DNA of 40,020 nucleotides from Octopus bimaculoides (Eukaryota), in the NCBI RefSeq assembly GCF_001194135.2, contig NC_068993.1, positions 43,124,754 to 43,164,773 of the forward strand, in the 5' to 3' direction. The translations under genes were made by a program, and so were the position numbers. This document shows positions 11,165-21,816 of the stretch, piece by piece. Numbering within the stretch: the first letter of the stretch is position 1; each line of letters begins with the position of its first letter. The notes beneath the pieces were generated by a model that saw only the letters and a program-made list of their open reading frames with translations, did no database searches and was not told the DNA's origin.

Positions 11165-11585
11165 AAGATCTTGTTTTCCAACCACATGGTTCCAAGTTCA
11201 GTCCCACTGCGTGGTACCTGAGGCAAGTGTCTTCTACTGTAGTCACGAGCTGACTAAAGCTTTGTCAGTGGATTTGGTAAACGGAAACTGAAAGAAGCCC
11301 GTGATATACATATATATATATATATATATATGTATGGATGTATGTATGTATATGTATATGTATATATCTGTGTGTGTGTCTATGTATATGTGTTTGTCGC
11401 CCCATCATCGCTTGACGGCCGGTGGTGGTGTATTTACGGCTAGCGGTTCGACAAAGAGACCGATAGAATAGGTACTAGGCTAAAAAAATAAGTGCTGAGG
11501 TCGAATTGTTCGACAAAAACACTTCACGGCGGTGCTCCAGCATGACCGCAGTCAAATGACTGAAACAAGTAAAAGAATAAAAAGA
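11165..11585 (+). mobile_element. Composite SINE family B (tRNA-like head, CORE-like block, internal (TA)/(TG) microsatellite, unique tail)
   Basis: aaccacatggttccaagttcagtcccactgcgtggtacctgaggcaagtgtcttc...gaaactgaaagaagcccg, then (TA)n(TG)n, then ...gcggtgctccagcatgaccgcagtcaaatgactgaaacaagtaaaagaataaaa. Same architecture as 23722-24267. Confidence 0.88.
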
Positions 11586-11599
11586 AAAGAACAACAAGC

Positions 11600-11782
11600 A
11601 AAATCGTTAGTGGCATGTTGTCCGTCTTTACGTTCTAAGTTCAAATTCCGTCGAGGCTGATTTTGATTTTCATCCTTTAGGGGTCGATAAAACAAGTACC
11701 AGTCGAGTACTAGGGGCCCATGCAATGGACAAACCCCTCCCACCAAATTTTCAGGCCTTGTGCCTATATTAGAAAATAATAT
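11600..11782 (+). mobile_element. SINE family A body; its first ~20 nt appear to lie at 11133-11155, split off by the family B insertion
   Basis: aaggcgacgagctgtcagaa at 11133; the remainder ttagtggcatgttgtccgtctttacgttctaagttcaaattcc...ggccttgtgcctatattagaaaataat follows the B tail. Confidence 0.8.
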
Positions 11783-11904
11783 TTATATCTTTATTTACTT
11801 CGATATCCACTCTTCCAATAAAGAGGAATTATTTTATACAGTATTGGTTTTTTTTTGTTTGCTTTTTAATTAGGAGGTGCCAATGACCATTTAGAGCCTA
11901 CGAG

Positions 11905-12033
11905 ACTAGAGAGAGAGGAAGGNNNNNNNNNNNNNNNNNNNNNNNNNNNNNNNNNNNNNNNNNAGGAAGGAAGGAAGGAAGGAAGGAAGGAAGGAAGGAA
12001 GGAAGGAAGGAAGGAAGGAAGGAAGGAAGGAAG
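11905..12033. repeat. (GGAA)n homopurine microsatellite spanning a gap
   Basis: Direct reading. Confidence 0.95.
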
Positions 12034-12149
12034 AGGTATCCTCAAATCTGAGACCAAGTCTGGACGATGGCAACTGAGCGGACTTTACGAAAGGCAGATA
12101 ACATACCAATTGGGGTGTTAAGCCGGCACGATGGATTAAGTGTACCATC

Positions 12150-12330
12150 TTAGTCGGCCATGGTGAGATTTGAACTCACAAGGCAAATAACCGAAACAAA
12201 TACCGTGCGGCATCCAGTCCGACAATGTGTAATCTCCCACAATTCATTGCCTTGGAGTTCGAACTCAGAACACTGGGCAGAAATCACATCGCATTCTGTT
12301 CTGTTCGACGTTCTAATGACTCAACCGCTT
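12150..12330 (-). mobile_element. Highly degraded SINE A-like fragments
   Basis: gatttgaactcaca and gttcgaactcagaac (reverse-complement B-box region). Confidence 0.45.
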
Positions 12331-12429
12331 ATAGGGTTCGTGACATGCGTAGTAATTCTCTTTCTAGGGATTGATTAGGACTTTAGGAGACTGGCTCAGT
12401 TAATGTTCTAATCTGTATTGACACTGTAT

Positions 12430-12695
12430 CTTTTATCTTTTAGTTCTTTCAGTTATTGAACTGCAGCCTTGCTGGGGCACCTCCTTGAAGTATCGACCCT
12501 ACTACATATATTTTTTAAAGTTTAGTATTTACTCTATCGATGACTACTGCCGAACCGCTATGTTACGAGAGCGTAAACAAACCAACACCGATTACCAAGC
12601 GTTAGTAGAGGACATCCCAACCACACACACACACACACACACAAGCATATATTTCAGTTTCCGTCTACCAAATCTACTCACAAGGCTTTGGTCGA
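12430..12695 (-). mobile_element. SINE family B, tail plus short (CA)n plus 3' part of head
   Basis: ttcagttattgaactgcagccttgctggggcacc...gccgaaccgcta...cacacaca...ttcagtttccgtctaccaaatctactcacaaggctttggtcga. Confidence 0.8.
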
Positions 12696-12760
12696 TGTAA
12701 TCAACTTGTCCCCTCTCCAGAGGTTGTTGATCTTGTGCCAAAATTTGAAACCAATATCTG
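12690..12760 (+). mobile_element. SINE family A 3' fragment (type-2 tail)
   Basis: gtcgatgtaatcaacttgtcccc...cttgtgccaaaatttgaaaccaata. Confidence 0.7.
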
Positions 12761-13509
12761 TGTGTGGGAGATTAAGAGGGTGGAGAGAGATAGGGAGAAA
12801 AAGAGAGAGGGGGTGAAAAGGAAAAAGGGAGATGCGAATTTTTATAACAGAAATTTTGTAATCCAGAACCAAGGGCGGTTTGAGGCGTGTTGGTATCAAA
12901 GGGATTAATGTTCGCTTTAAACTGTTACGGGTAAACACCTGCGGGAGACACGTGAGCAAAAAGAATATTCCAAAAGGGCAATGTTAAGGAGAGAAAGGAC
13001 TAGGAATAATGGTAAGTGCGAGGCTGGTTATGGGGTTGGCTGTAAGAAGGCTGACGTGAGGTGAAAAATACGAATGGGTCGAGTTAACTCTATCATTTAG
13101 TTAGATTCACTGGGTTGGTTAATTTGCTATAAAGGGGAGAATACTAATTCGTTTCTACTCAATGAACTTTCGCTGAAGAACGAAAGACACGTAAAAGGAA
13201 TGTGTTTGGATGTGACGATTAACGATGGTATTTTCCAACCAAGTTGTATGTGAAGTTATAGTAAGACTTACGCAGTAGAGAGACTACTGCTATTTTGATT
13301 CTGATAGATGTCTGTAGAAATGGCAGTTCTGACATCTACATATGTGACGGGGAATATGACAAGAATGTTGATAAACTTAAAGCAAACATGGAAATAGTTT
13401 TTACTATTTTCTAAGGAAATTATCGGTCCAGCTGGTTGGTGTTAAGCGAAACGATTATTAGACTAAACTTTATAAACTCGTAAAAAGAGAGTTCTGAGAA
13501 TGATGCTTT

Positions 13510-13660
13510 TTATTCTTTTATTCGGTTGTTTCAGTCAGTGGAATGCGGCCATACTGGGGCACCGCCAAAAAAGAGTTTGCTCGATCAAGTCGGCCCCGGT
13601 ATTTTATCAATCTCTTTTTACTCTAACTGTTAGGTTACTGGGACAAACGAAACAAACACA
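13510..13660 (-). mobile_element. SINE family B tail fragment
   Basis: ttgtttcagtcagtggaatgcggccatactggggcaccgcc. Confidence 0.75.
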
Positions 13661-13662
13661 AA

Positions 13663-13790
13663 AGGTACCGATAGAATCAGTATCAGGCTTACAAAGAACA
13701 AGTCCTGGGATCGATTTCTTCAACAACTAAAGGCGGTGCTCCAGCATGGCTTCAGTCAAATGACTGAAACAAGTACAAGAATAAAAGAAT
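13663..13790 (+). mobile_element. SINE family B tail fragment
   Basis: accgatagaatcagtatcaggcttacaaagaacaagtcctgggatcgat...ggcggtgctccagcatggcttcagtcaaatgactgaaacaagta. Confidence 0.85.
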
Positions 13791-13904
13791 ATATATATAT
13801 ATGCACACACCTATGTATGTATGTATGTATTTCAAATGATATCACCTCTACTGACGTAAATTAATAGGCACATACATTGAGTGCTCAAGTTGACTTGGTA
13901 TCTA

Positions 13905-14055
13905 AAACTCAAATTTGAACTTCCATTCACAAGGTAATTGTCAACTCGAAAATATGTTAGAAAGCACATATCCAAGGTATTGTGCTGTAGAATCGAACTC
14001 AGAACCGCGTGATCGACAAATGAACTTTCTAACCACACAGCTATGCCTACAGCCA
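13905..14055 (-). mobile_element. SINE family B head, degraded
   Basis: Reverse complement: tagctgtgtggttagaaag...gttctgagttcgattctacagcacaataccttggatatgtgctttcta. Confidence 0.6.
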
Positions 14056-14849
14056 AGGTAAATACTCCGACTGATTAATAGGAATAATCTCACTCTGTGG
14101 TTAATAATCTTTTTATTTTAACCCTGACCATGTTTAGTACAATTTTCCTTCAGTGATCTGATATCAACGTTTGTTTGGAGCTATTTTGTCACTAACACAA
14201 ATCTTATTATTGATATTTATGCTGCATCACTAAGTTGTATTAAAGGAAAGAAATATAACGACTAGTGTTTTTTTTTTAATATATTTTCTCCAAAGGGATT
14301 TATATTTAGAAGAGCATTCCATCTAATCATAGCTTGAAGCATATTTCAAATCTAAGAAAGGAATTTAAATATTTTGTATATGAATAATGACCGTCACGAA
14401 AGCGGTGGACTTTTTAAGAAAAATTTATAAAAATTTTCAAGCAGAATCATCCAGAGATTAAATAAATTATCGCCTTAGAAATATTTCGTTCCTTTTTAAG
14501 CATTTTCTTTTCTTTTTTTAGTCAGGAGATTGGGCAGTACTTGTGACCTTTCACGGGGCCGCTGAGGTTAATGGGTGGGGTGGAGTAAGGTATCTGCCCA
14601 CCGGATACCTTACCACTGGCCTGAATGCTTGCAACACAGTGGCACCCCAGTTACCAAATAGAAGTAGTAAACCGGGTGCTGGATGATATCTACCACCTGA
14701 TGCAGGCCACGGCTAAACATGAACTCAGAACGCAAAAAAAGGAGGAATAAATATTGCAAGGCACCGGTACCGTAGACAAGCATTTTCTGCCATACAACCC
14801 AGGTTGGCCAATGCCGTCTGAAGGAATTCAGTAGATGGAAGCAAACCTG

Positions 14850-14856
14850 TTGTGTG

Positions 14857-14888
<32 letters not shown>

Positions 14889-15400
14889 TGCGTGNNNNNN
14901 NNNNNNNNNNNNNNNNNNNNNNNNNNNNNNNNNNNNNNNNNNNNNNNNNNNNNNNNNNNNNNNNNNNNNNNNNNNNNNNNNNNNNNNNNNNNNNNNNNNN
15001 NNNNNNNNNNNNNNNNNNNNNNNNNNNNNNNNNNNNNNNNNNNNNNNNNNNNNNNNNNNNNNNNNNNNNNNNNNNNNNNNNNNNNNNNNNNNNNNNNNNN
15101 NNNNNNNNNNNNNNNNNNNNNNNNNNNNNNNNNNNNNNNNNNNNNNNNNNNNNNNNNNNNNNNNNNNNNNNNNNNNNNNNNNNNNNNNNNNNNNNNNNNN
15201 NNNNNNNNNNNNNNNNNNNNNGTGCGTGCGTGCGTGCGTCCGTGCGTGCGTGCGTGCGTCCGTGCGTGCGTGCGTGTATGTATTAGGTTGTCAAGCGAGT
15301 TCTCTGTGTGCGTGCGTGTTTGTGTGTGTGTGTGTGCATGTGTGTGTGTGTGTTTGTTTGTGTGTGTGCGTGCGTGTGTATGTGTGCGTGTGTGTGCCTG
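14850..15400. repeat. (GT)n/(GTGC)n microsatellite spanning a gap; probably the internal repeat of a family B copy
   Basis: Direct reading; immediately followed by the B tail. Confidence 0.9.
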
Positions 15401-15830
15401 TGTGCTTGTGTCTGTCCCTTCACTGCTAAACAACCGGTGCTGGTTTGTTTACGTTCCCGTAAATTAGCAGTTCCGAAAAAGAGACTGGTGGAATAAGTAC
15501 TAGACATTAAAAAAAATGTACTAGATTTTGTTATGTCTCAAGCTACTGCTATCTAGCACCTTCGAATGATCTCTACTCAACCACTACACAACTGCTACTC
15601 GACTGCTACTCAACACCCCTACCACGGCCAGACTACCTCTATTTATATGTCTTGGGAGATCCTACTTCTTCGCCTAGGGGCGTCGACACAACAGACTTAA
15701 AAAACAAAACGATTAGACTTTAAAAAAATATAAATACTCGGGTTGATTTGTTTAACTGAATCTCTTCAAGGCAGTGCTTCGGCATAGCCGCAGCCCAATG
15801 ACTAAAACGAGAAAAAGACAAAAGATAAAA
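15400..15830 (+). mobile_element. SINE family B tail interrupted by a solo-LTR-like insertion
   Basis: gtgtctgtcccttcactgctaaacaaccggtgctggtttgtttacgttcccgtaa...aataagtactagac, then the insert, then ...ggttgatttgtttaact...caaggcagtgcttcggcatagccgcagcccaatgactaaaac. Confidence 0.8.
15529..15693 (-). mobile_element. 165-bp solo LTR-like element (TG...CA) with a 5-bp TSD
   Basis: Termini TGTTATGTC and GACACAACA form a 9-bp inverted repeat with 1 mismatch. Flanks are GATTT (15524-15528) and GACTT (15694-15698). TATAAATA lies on the minus strand at 15640-15647. Confidence 0.7.
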
Positions 15831-17292
15831 ACTGAAGAGGTCAGCAATGTCTTAATATTATCCGAAAACATCAAAAGGCCTGTCGTACATGATGAATTGG
15901 TTGTCAAGATCATCAGTTGCTTTCCAAAATGTATCATTCAGACAATATGTTCTTCTTCGAGAGGGTATCTTGTTTACTTCCATCTATAAGACTAGAAACA
16001 CTCTGCTTCGATGCTTTGAAAGTATATTTTCCCAGTTTCTTATATAAAGGATTTTATTGCAAGAACATTGAAAAATATTTATTCGTTTCGTTAGTTTACT
16101 AAAATACCTCGGGCAATTTCTTCTACTCGTTTAATACTTTTCACTCTTGTTCAGTTGTATTGTTAATTTCCTCAGATTCTTATGCAGAACAACGTCTTGA
16201 GAGGCGACCCCAAATCACCTTGTGTTTTAATAAAAGTTTCATTTTACTATTCCACGACATATATATTGTGTGTGTGTGTGAGTGTGTTTATATGTGTGTA
16301 TGCATAACTATACACATAAATACAAACATACATAGATATACATTAATTATATATATANNNNNNNNNNNNNNNNNNNNNNNNNNNNNNNNNNNNNNNNNNN
16401 NNNNNNNNNNNNNNNNNNNNNNNNNNNNNNNNNNNNNNNNNNNNNNNNNNNNNNNNNNNNNNNNNNNNNNNNNNNNNNNNNNNNNNNNNNNNNNNNNNNN
16501 NNNNNNNNNNNNNNNNNNNNNNNNNNNNNNNNNNNNNNNNNNNNNNNNNNNNNNNNNNNNNNNNNNNNNNNNNNNNNNNNNNNNNNNNNNNNNNNNNNNN
16601 NNNNNNNNNNNNNNNNNNNNNNNNNNNNNNNNNNNNNNNNNNNNNNNNNNNNNNNNNNNNNNNNNNNNNNNNNNNNNNNNNNNNNNNNNNNNNNNNNNNN
16701 NNNNNNNNNNNNNNNNNNNNNNNNNNNNNNNNNATATATATATCATAATTCTGTTGTGCTGTGTTAATAATATACAGAATTCTGCTCATAGAAATAATAA
16801 TAAAAATATTAAAACTAAGCGGACATAAAAATAATCTACCGTATATAGCGTTCCATCCGGCCTTACTTTCTCTGACCTTATGTAAGTATGCTTAACCTGA
16901 TAACCTAGAACCGGTTTAATCAAACGTCTTGTGGTATTTGTCACTTTTGTTTGGTTATTCTGCATAATATGAATGGCTAATGGTCTTTGCATTATGTAAA
17001 CACACATACAAATGGTAATATAAGCTGAGAAAAAATTTTTTTATTCTGATAAAGGCCAGACGGTAGACTGTCCGCGAATGACCTCGCAATTATACTGAAT
17101 GTAGGCTGTTATCTTATTGATTACGGTAACTTGTTTGTCGAGTTATAGAATATTGAACGGACACAAAGGAGCATTGCTATTGGGTCAAGACAAGGTATCG
17201 ACTCCCACTTCTCATAAAGTTTCTCGTACTCTTTGCCATTCTAGCATTTTGATTATACTTACTGTCATACGCTGCAGTGTGTCTCTCGAAGT

Positions 17293-17380
17293 ACTAGATT
17301 TAGCAGCTGATTTCCCTTGAATTACACCTTACTGTTTTAAAACTGGAAGGAAGCACATATTGCATAAGATCCTCAATATA
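17293..17380 (+). repeat. Fragment of a further dispersed repeat (family E); related pieces near 23320-23500 (-), 24630-24700 (-) and 34200-34250 (+)
   Basis: Shared degenerate motif ctgct(a/t)gaaatagcag.caaat.tcc.tcaaat.acacc, compared by eye only. Confidence 0.4.
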
Positions 17381-17974
17381 TAACAATAAAAACAGATTGG
17401 TTGGGCGCTCCTGAAACATTCATGATCATAATTCTACTCAGTCGGGGGTGACTTCGAGATAAACAATACCAACGTCTAGTACAACAACATCGACGAGAAA
17501 AGCAGCAAATACAACAACAAAAACAATGACAGAAACATCGACAGCCTCAAATACAACCAAAGCGTCAACAATATCAAAAGCAACAACAACAACGCGAACT
17601 AATTATAGCGAGAGACATTGATTGATTCAGTTTGTAACATTGAGATAAGTAATGTATTCTTGTGAAAAACAATTGTCAAGTGTACTGTTAGTATGTTTAC
17701 TACTGTAATCAATTTTGCTAAGATTAACATATTTCACCAAAGAAACAGAACACGGGGGCGGAGCGCAGGTGTAACAGGATAGGGCGAAGAGCGCAGAGAT
17801 GAAGGGATGCAATTTCTCCCGATCTCACATAATTGTTAAGGTGTAGGCGTCAAATATGACTTCAATCACAGGCGTTGGGAATCTATGTTACATCATTCCC
17901 TGGGACAACGAAAGGCTTGAAGGAAAATGTATTTTATCAGGAGGCTGGAGGAATAACACATCTCTTGCCTATTT

Positions 17975-18040
17975 TTTTTATTATCTTTTACTTGTTTCGG
18001 TCATTGGACTGCAGCTAGGGTTGGGCACCACTTTGGTCTT
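17975..18040 (-). mobile_element. SINE family B tail end
   Basis: ttttacttgtttcggtcattggactgcagctagggttgggcacc. Confidence 0.65.
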
Positions 18041-18164
18041 AGTCAGAATGGGGCAAGAACACAAAACATCCAGACAGTTAGGTGATACAGGAAAGGGACA
18101 AAACATCCAGATAGACGATACAAAGAAAACACGGACAGGTCATTCGGAGTTTTCTTTCTTCAGT

Positions 18165-18337
18165 CGAAATCCTGGTGTGTTTACGTCCCTGTAACTTGGC
18201 GTTTCGGTACCGATAAAATATGTACCAGGCTTTAAAAAAAAATAAGTACTGGTGTTGATATTTGTTCGACTAAAACCGTTCAAGATGGTACAATAGCGTG
18301 ACTGCAGCCCCAAAACTGAAAGAAATAAAAGATAAAC
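18165..18337 (+). mobile_element. SINE family B tail
   Basis: ctggtgtgtttacgtccctgtaacttggcgtttcgg...aataagtactggtgttgatatttgttcgactaaa...actgaaagaaataaaagataaa. Confidence 0.8.
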
Positions 18338-19039
18338 GATGAAATGTACCTGAGAATAAAATGAGAGGAAACAATTAGAGTTCGACAATAGAAAATAAAT
18401 CAAAGCAGAGACGAAGACACCAAAATATGTAAGAAAAATAACATAATCACATTTTAAATAATTTGAAGGACAAAACTTGGTGCTTAAATTTCAATGAAGC
18501 CCCATTACTGAATAAATAGTGCTATAGCTTAAAGCACAAATTTTCGGCTTTCTTTATCTTAAACTATTAATCCTCTTGACTTCAACTGAGATTTCTTTCA
18601 TTATTTTTTCCTTCATTCTTTCTCTCCCCCTTTCTCTCGCTTTCTCTCTCCCCCTTCGCTCGCTTTCTCTCTCCTCCTCACAAAAAGGTGTTTTACTATC
18701 ATTTCTAAATGTATTTTACACATTAGTATTATATACACGGAGAGAGGGAGGGAGTGAGAGAGATGGGAGAGAGGAAAAGAATGGTAAACACAAGAGGATG
18801 TTTATATCATTTGTTCCTACGTACGTTTCACCATTGTGATAACTTGCATTCTCTGCCGTATGTGTCCCAAATGCAGTCAAATGCTGAGCGACAACAGTTC
18901 ATCAGTGGACACTTTATTGCATTATGCTTACACAACAGAAACCAGAACACTTGACTAGAAGTAGGCTGAAGCTCTAAACTCTACTCGGACCTCTGAACTC
19001 ACCAGTAACAGTCATTTAACTGTACGCACAAGAAATGCT

Positions 19040-19090
19040 ATGTGTGTATGTGGTGGGGCGTGCCTGTGTGCGTGTGTGTGTGTATACACA

Positions 19091-19133
<43 letters not shown>
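19040..19133. repeat. (TG)n/(CA)n microsatellite
   Basis: Direct reading. Confidence 0.9.
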
Positions 19134-19135
<2 letters not shown>

Positions 19136-19148
19136 TATTTAATAAGGG

Positions 19149-19350
19149 AAAGGCAGCGAATTGGCAGTATCGTTAGCAGGTCGGGTGAAATACTTAGCCA
19201 CATTTCGTCTGTCTTTACGTTCTGAGTTCTAATTCTCTTGTGGTCGACCTTGCCTTTCATCCTTTCAGGGGTCGATAAAATAAGTACCAGTTCAATACTA
19301 GGGTCGATGCAATCGACTTAGCCCCTTCGCCAAAATTACTGGCATTTGCC
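19149..19350 (+). mobile_element. SINE family A, near full length
   Basis: aaggcagcgaattggcagtatcgttagc...ctttacgttctgagttctaattc...gtcgaccttgcctttcatcctttcaggggtcgataaaataagtaccag...gtcgatgcaatcgactta. Confidence 0.9.
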
Positions 19351-19842
19351 CCAGTATTAAATAAAGGTCGCCAAAACAACTTCTGGTTACAATTTTAAAT
19401 TTTAATACCTTCTTGCGTTTATAAAAGAGTTATTTTTGTACGCCTCAGTGGCATACTTCTAATGTCAACGCAAATTCCCAAATACATGCGATTTCGTTAC
19501 CCTCTTGTAATCTTAATAACACCTTTATGAATGTTAGATCTTATTTCCAAGTCACTTTCTCACCTTTTTAACTATAACACTACTCTTCAGTTTCCATACC
19601 ATAACTCTACTAACGAGAGACGTACATTACTCACCAAGCCAGATATATACTCTGAGAAAGTTTTTTTTGGGGGCAGAAGGCTTGCATGAGTAGTATAAAT
19701 CCTGCTAATTTATCAATCGCCATTATGCTAAATAATCCTAACTTTTATTTATGTTCATTTATATGATACTCATAATTCCTACACTCAAATTAGTCTCTAA
19801 TATTTTCCCATCTGCTTCATTAAGCTCCGTTTTTATAACTAC

Positions 19843-19960
19843 TCTCTCAGGTCGCCCAATTAGATATTTTATAAAATATCGATTTTTCTCATCATATTCC
19901 CTCTCTTAGGTCATCCAATTAGATATTTTATGCAATATTGTCTTTTCTTTACCATACTCT
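19843..19960. repeat. Diverged tandem duplication with a 59-bp period
   Basis: aggtc at 19849 and 19908; an identical 17-mer ccaattagatattttat at 19856 and 19915. Confidence 0.8.
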
Positions 19961-20269
19961 CCATTCCCCACATCTCTCTCACCATAATTCAAATATTATT
20001 ATAAAACTTAATTATTTGCAGAACCTACCTTACATTCGTGCACTTAACAACGTATGAATATAGTTAGGTTAAATATATTATTATCTTTCATTGCCTTGGA
20101 AGTACACTACCATTCTGAAACAATGGTACGTTGCATTTTACGCGTTCTGTCACAAATAAAAAGCATCGAATACCTCTTCTGTTTAACCCTTTCCAGTCAA
20201 TCAAGAACAGAACTCTTCTCTAAAATATTTTAGAACATTAAAGACATGTCCTTTCCTAACGATTTGTCC

Positions 20270-20440
20270 TCTTTCATTTCTTCCAATCATTAGACTGCGG
20301 TCATGCTGGGGCAACATCTTGGGCGGTTTAATGGGACGAAGTAGCTCCACTACTTAATCTTAAGCTTGGTACTTATTCTTATGGTGGCTTTTCTCAAGTT
20401 GCTATATTACTGGGACGTAAACAAACCAGCAGCGGTTGTC
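20270..20440 (-). mobile_element. SINE family B tail, degraded
   Basis: gactgcggtcatgctggggca...ggtacttattct...gggacgtaaacaaaccagcagcggttgtc. Confidence 0.7.
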
Positions 20441-20507
20441 GTGATTCACATCTATGACTGTATAACACATGTATGCATTGATATTTGAGTGTGTATGTAT
20501 ATATGTA

Positions 20508-20548
<41 letters not shown>

Positions 20549-21117
20549 NNNNNNNNNNNNNNNNNNNNNNNNNNNNNNNNNNNNNNNNNNNNNNNNNNNN
20601 NNNNNNNNNNNNNNNNNNNNNNNNNNNNNNNNNNNNNNNNNNNNNNNNNNNNNNNNNNNNNNNNNNNNNNNNNNNNNNNNNNNNNNNNNNNNNNNNNNNN
20701 NNNNNNNNNNNNNNNNNNNNNNNNNNNNNNNNNNNNNNNNNNNNNNNNNNNNNNNNNNNNNNNNNNNNNNNNNNNNNNNNNNNNNNNNNNNNNNNNNNNN
20801 NNNNNNNNNNNNNNNNNNNNNNNNNNNNNNNNNNNNNNNNNNNNNNNNNNNNNNNNNNNNNNNNNNNNNNNNNNNNNNNNNNNNNNNNNNNNNNNNNNNN
20901 NNNNNNNNNNNNNNNNNNNNNNNNNNNNNNNNNNNNNNNNNNNNNNNNNNNNNNNNNNNNNNNNNNNNNNNNNNNNNNNNNNNNNNNNNNNNNNNNNNNN
21001 NNNNNNNNNNNNNNNNNNNNNNNNNNNNNNNNNNNNNNNNNNNNNNNNNNNNNNNNNNNNNNNNNNNNNNNNNNNNNNNNNNNNNNNNNNNNNNNNNNNN
21101 NNNNNNNNNNNNNNNNT

Positions 21118-21402
21118 TGAGAAAAAGTCGTCAGAATTTTGGAAAAAAAATCTTTTTATTTCTTCATTTTTATTTCTTCATTATTAACGCTTTCGTTCCT
21201 TTCTCGAACTTGTCAAATAAAATTTTGTGAACGTACAAACAGCTTGTTCAATTATATAAACATTTGTTTTCTATAAATGAACAAGCTGTTTGTACATTCA
21301 CAAAATTCTATTTGACAAGTTCGAGACAGGAACGAAAGCGTTAATAATAATAACGAAGAAATAAAAAGATTTTTTCCAAAATTCTGACGACTTTTTTCTC
21401 AA
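21118..21402. repeat. ~285-bp foldback palindrome (MITE-like); left end truncated by a gap
   Basis: ttgagaaaaagtcgtcagaattttggaaaa... is the reverse complement of ...ttttccaaaattctgacgacttttttctcaa. The arms pair inward to a ~4-nt loop near 21262-21265, with a few substitutions and indels. Confidence 0.9.
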
Positions 21403-21429
21403 TATTCAATTTGTGTACATCACACCTAA

Positions 21430-21487
21430 CACTCTATACATACATACATGCATGCATACATACATACATACATACATACATACACAC

Positions 21488-21534
<47 letters not shown>

Positions 21535-21712
21535 TATATATACACGACGGGCTTCCACATAGTTTCCATCAACCAAACTCTTTCACAAAGTCATTGATCG
21601 GCAAAGGGAATTTAGTAGAAGACACTTCCCCACGGTACCCTACAATGGGACAAAACCCGAAACCAAGTAGTTATAAAGCAAGTTTATTCATTACTCAGCC
21701 ATGGCTGCGCCT
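21430..21712 (-). mobile_element. SINE family B head plus its (TA)/(TG) repeat; tail absent
   Basis: Reverse complement: aggcgcagccatggctgagtaatg...gggttttgtccc...aagtgtcttctacta...ggaaacta tgtggaagcccgtcgtgtatata. Confidence 0.7.
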
Positions 21713-21718
21713 GTTCAC

Positions 21719-21816
21719 CTGGCAGAATCGTTAGCCTACCAGGCAAAATGCTTAGCGGCATTTCATCCGTCTTTAGCGTCTGTATTAAAATTCCGTCGAA
21801 GTTGATTTTGCTTCAT
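21719..21816 (+). mobile_element. SINE family A 5' half, truncated at the junction with the mariner remnant
   Basis: ctggcagaatcgttagcctaccaggcaaaatgcttagcggcatttcatccgtcttt...aaattccgtcgaagttgattttgc. Confidence 0.85.

Noticed and set aside
12868-13016. Possible exon ending at a strong ATG|GTAAGT donor
   Set aside because: All three frames from the upstream acceptor at 12867 contain stops before the donor.
13173-13230. Hammerhead-like CTGAAGA..CGAAA (also CTGATGA at 31983 and 34491)
   Set aside because: There is no stem II at 13173 and no valid NUH site or stem I; the other two lack a correctly placed C-GAAA.
17749-17965. GC-richer patch suspected to be a LINE fragment or exon
   Set aside because: Six-frame reading gave stops and no recognisable RT, endonuclease or host-protein motif.
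18790-18960. 56-codon frame containing IVITCILCRMCPKC (TM plus Cys-like)
   Set aside because: No start codon context or credible splice acceptor; consistent with chance.
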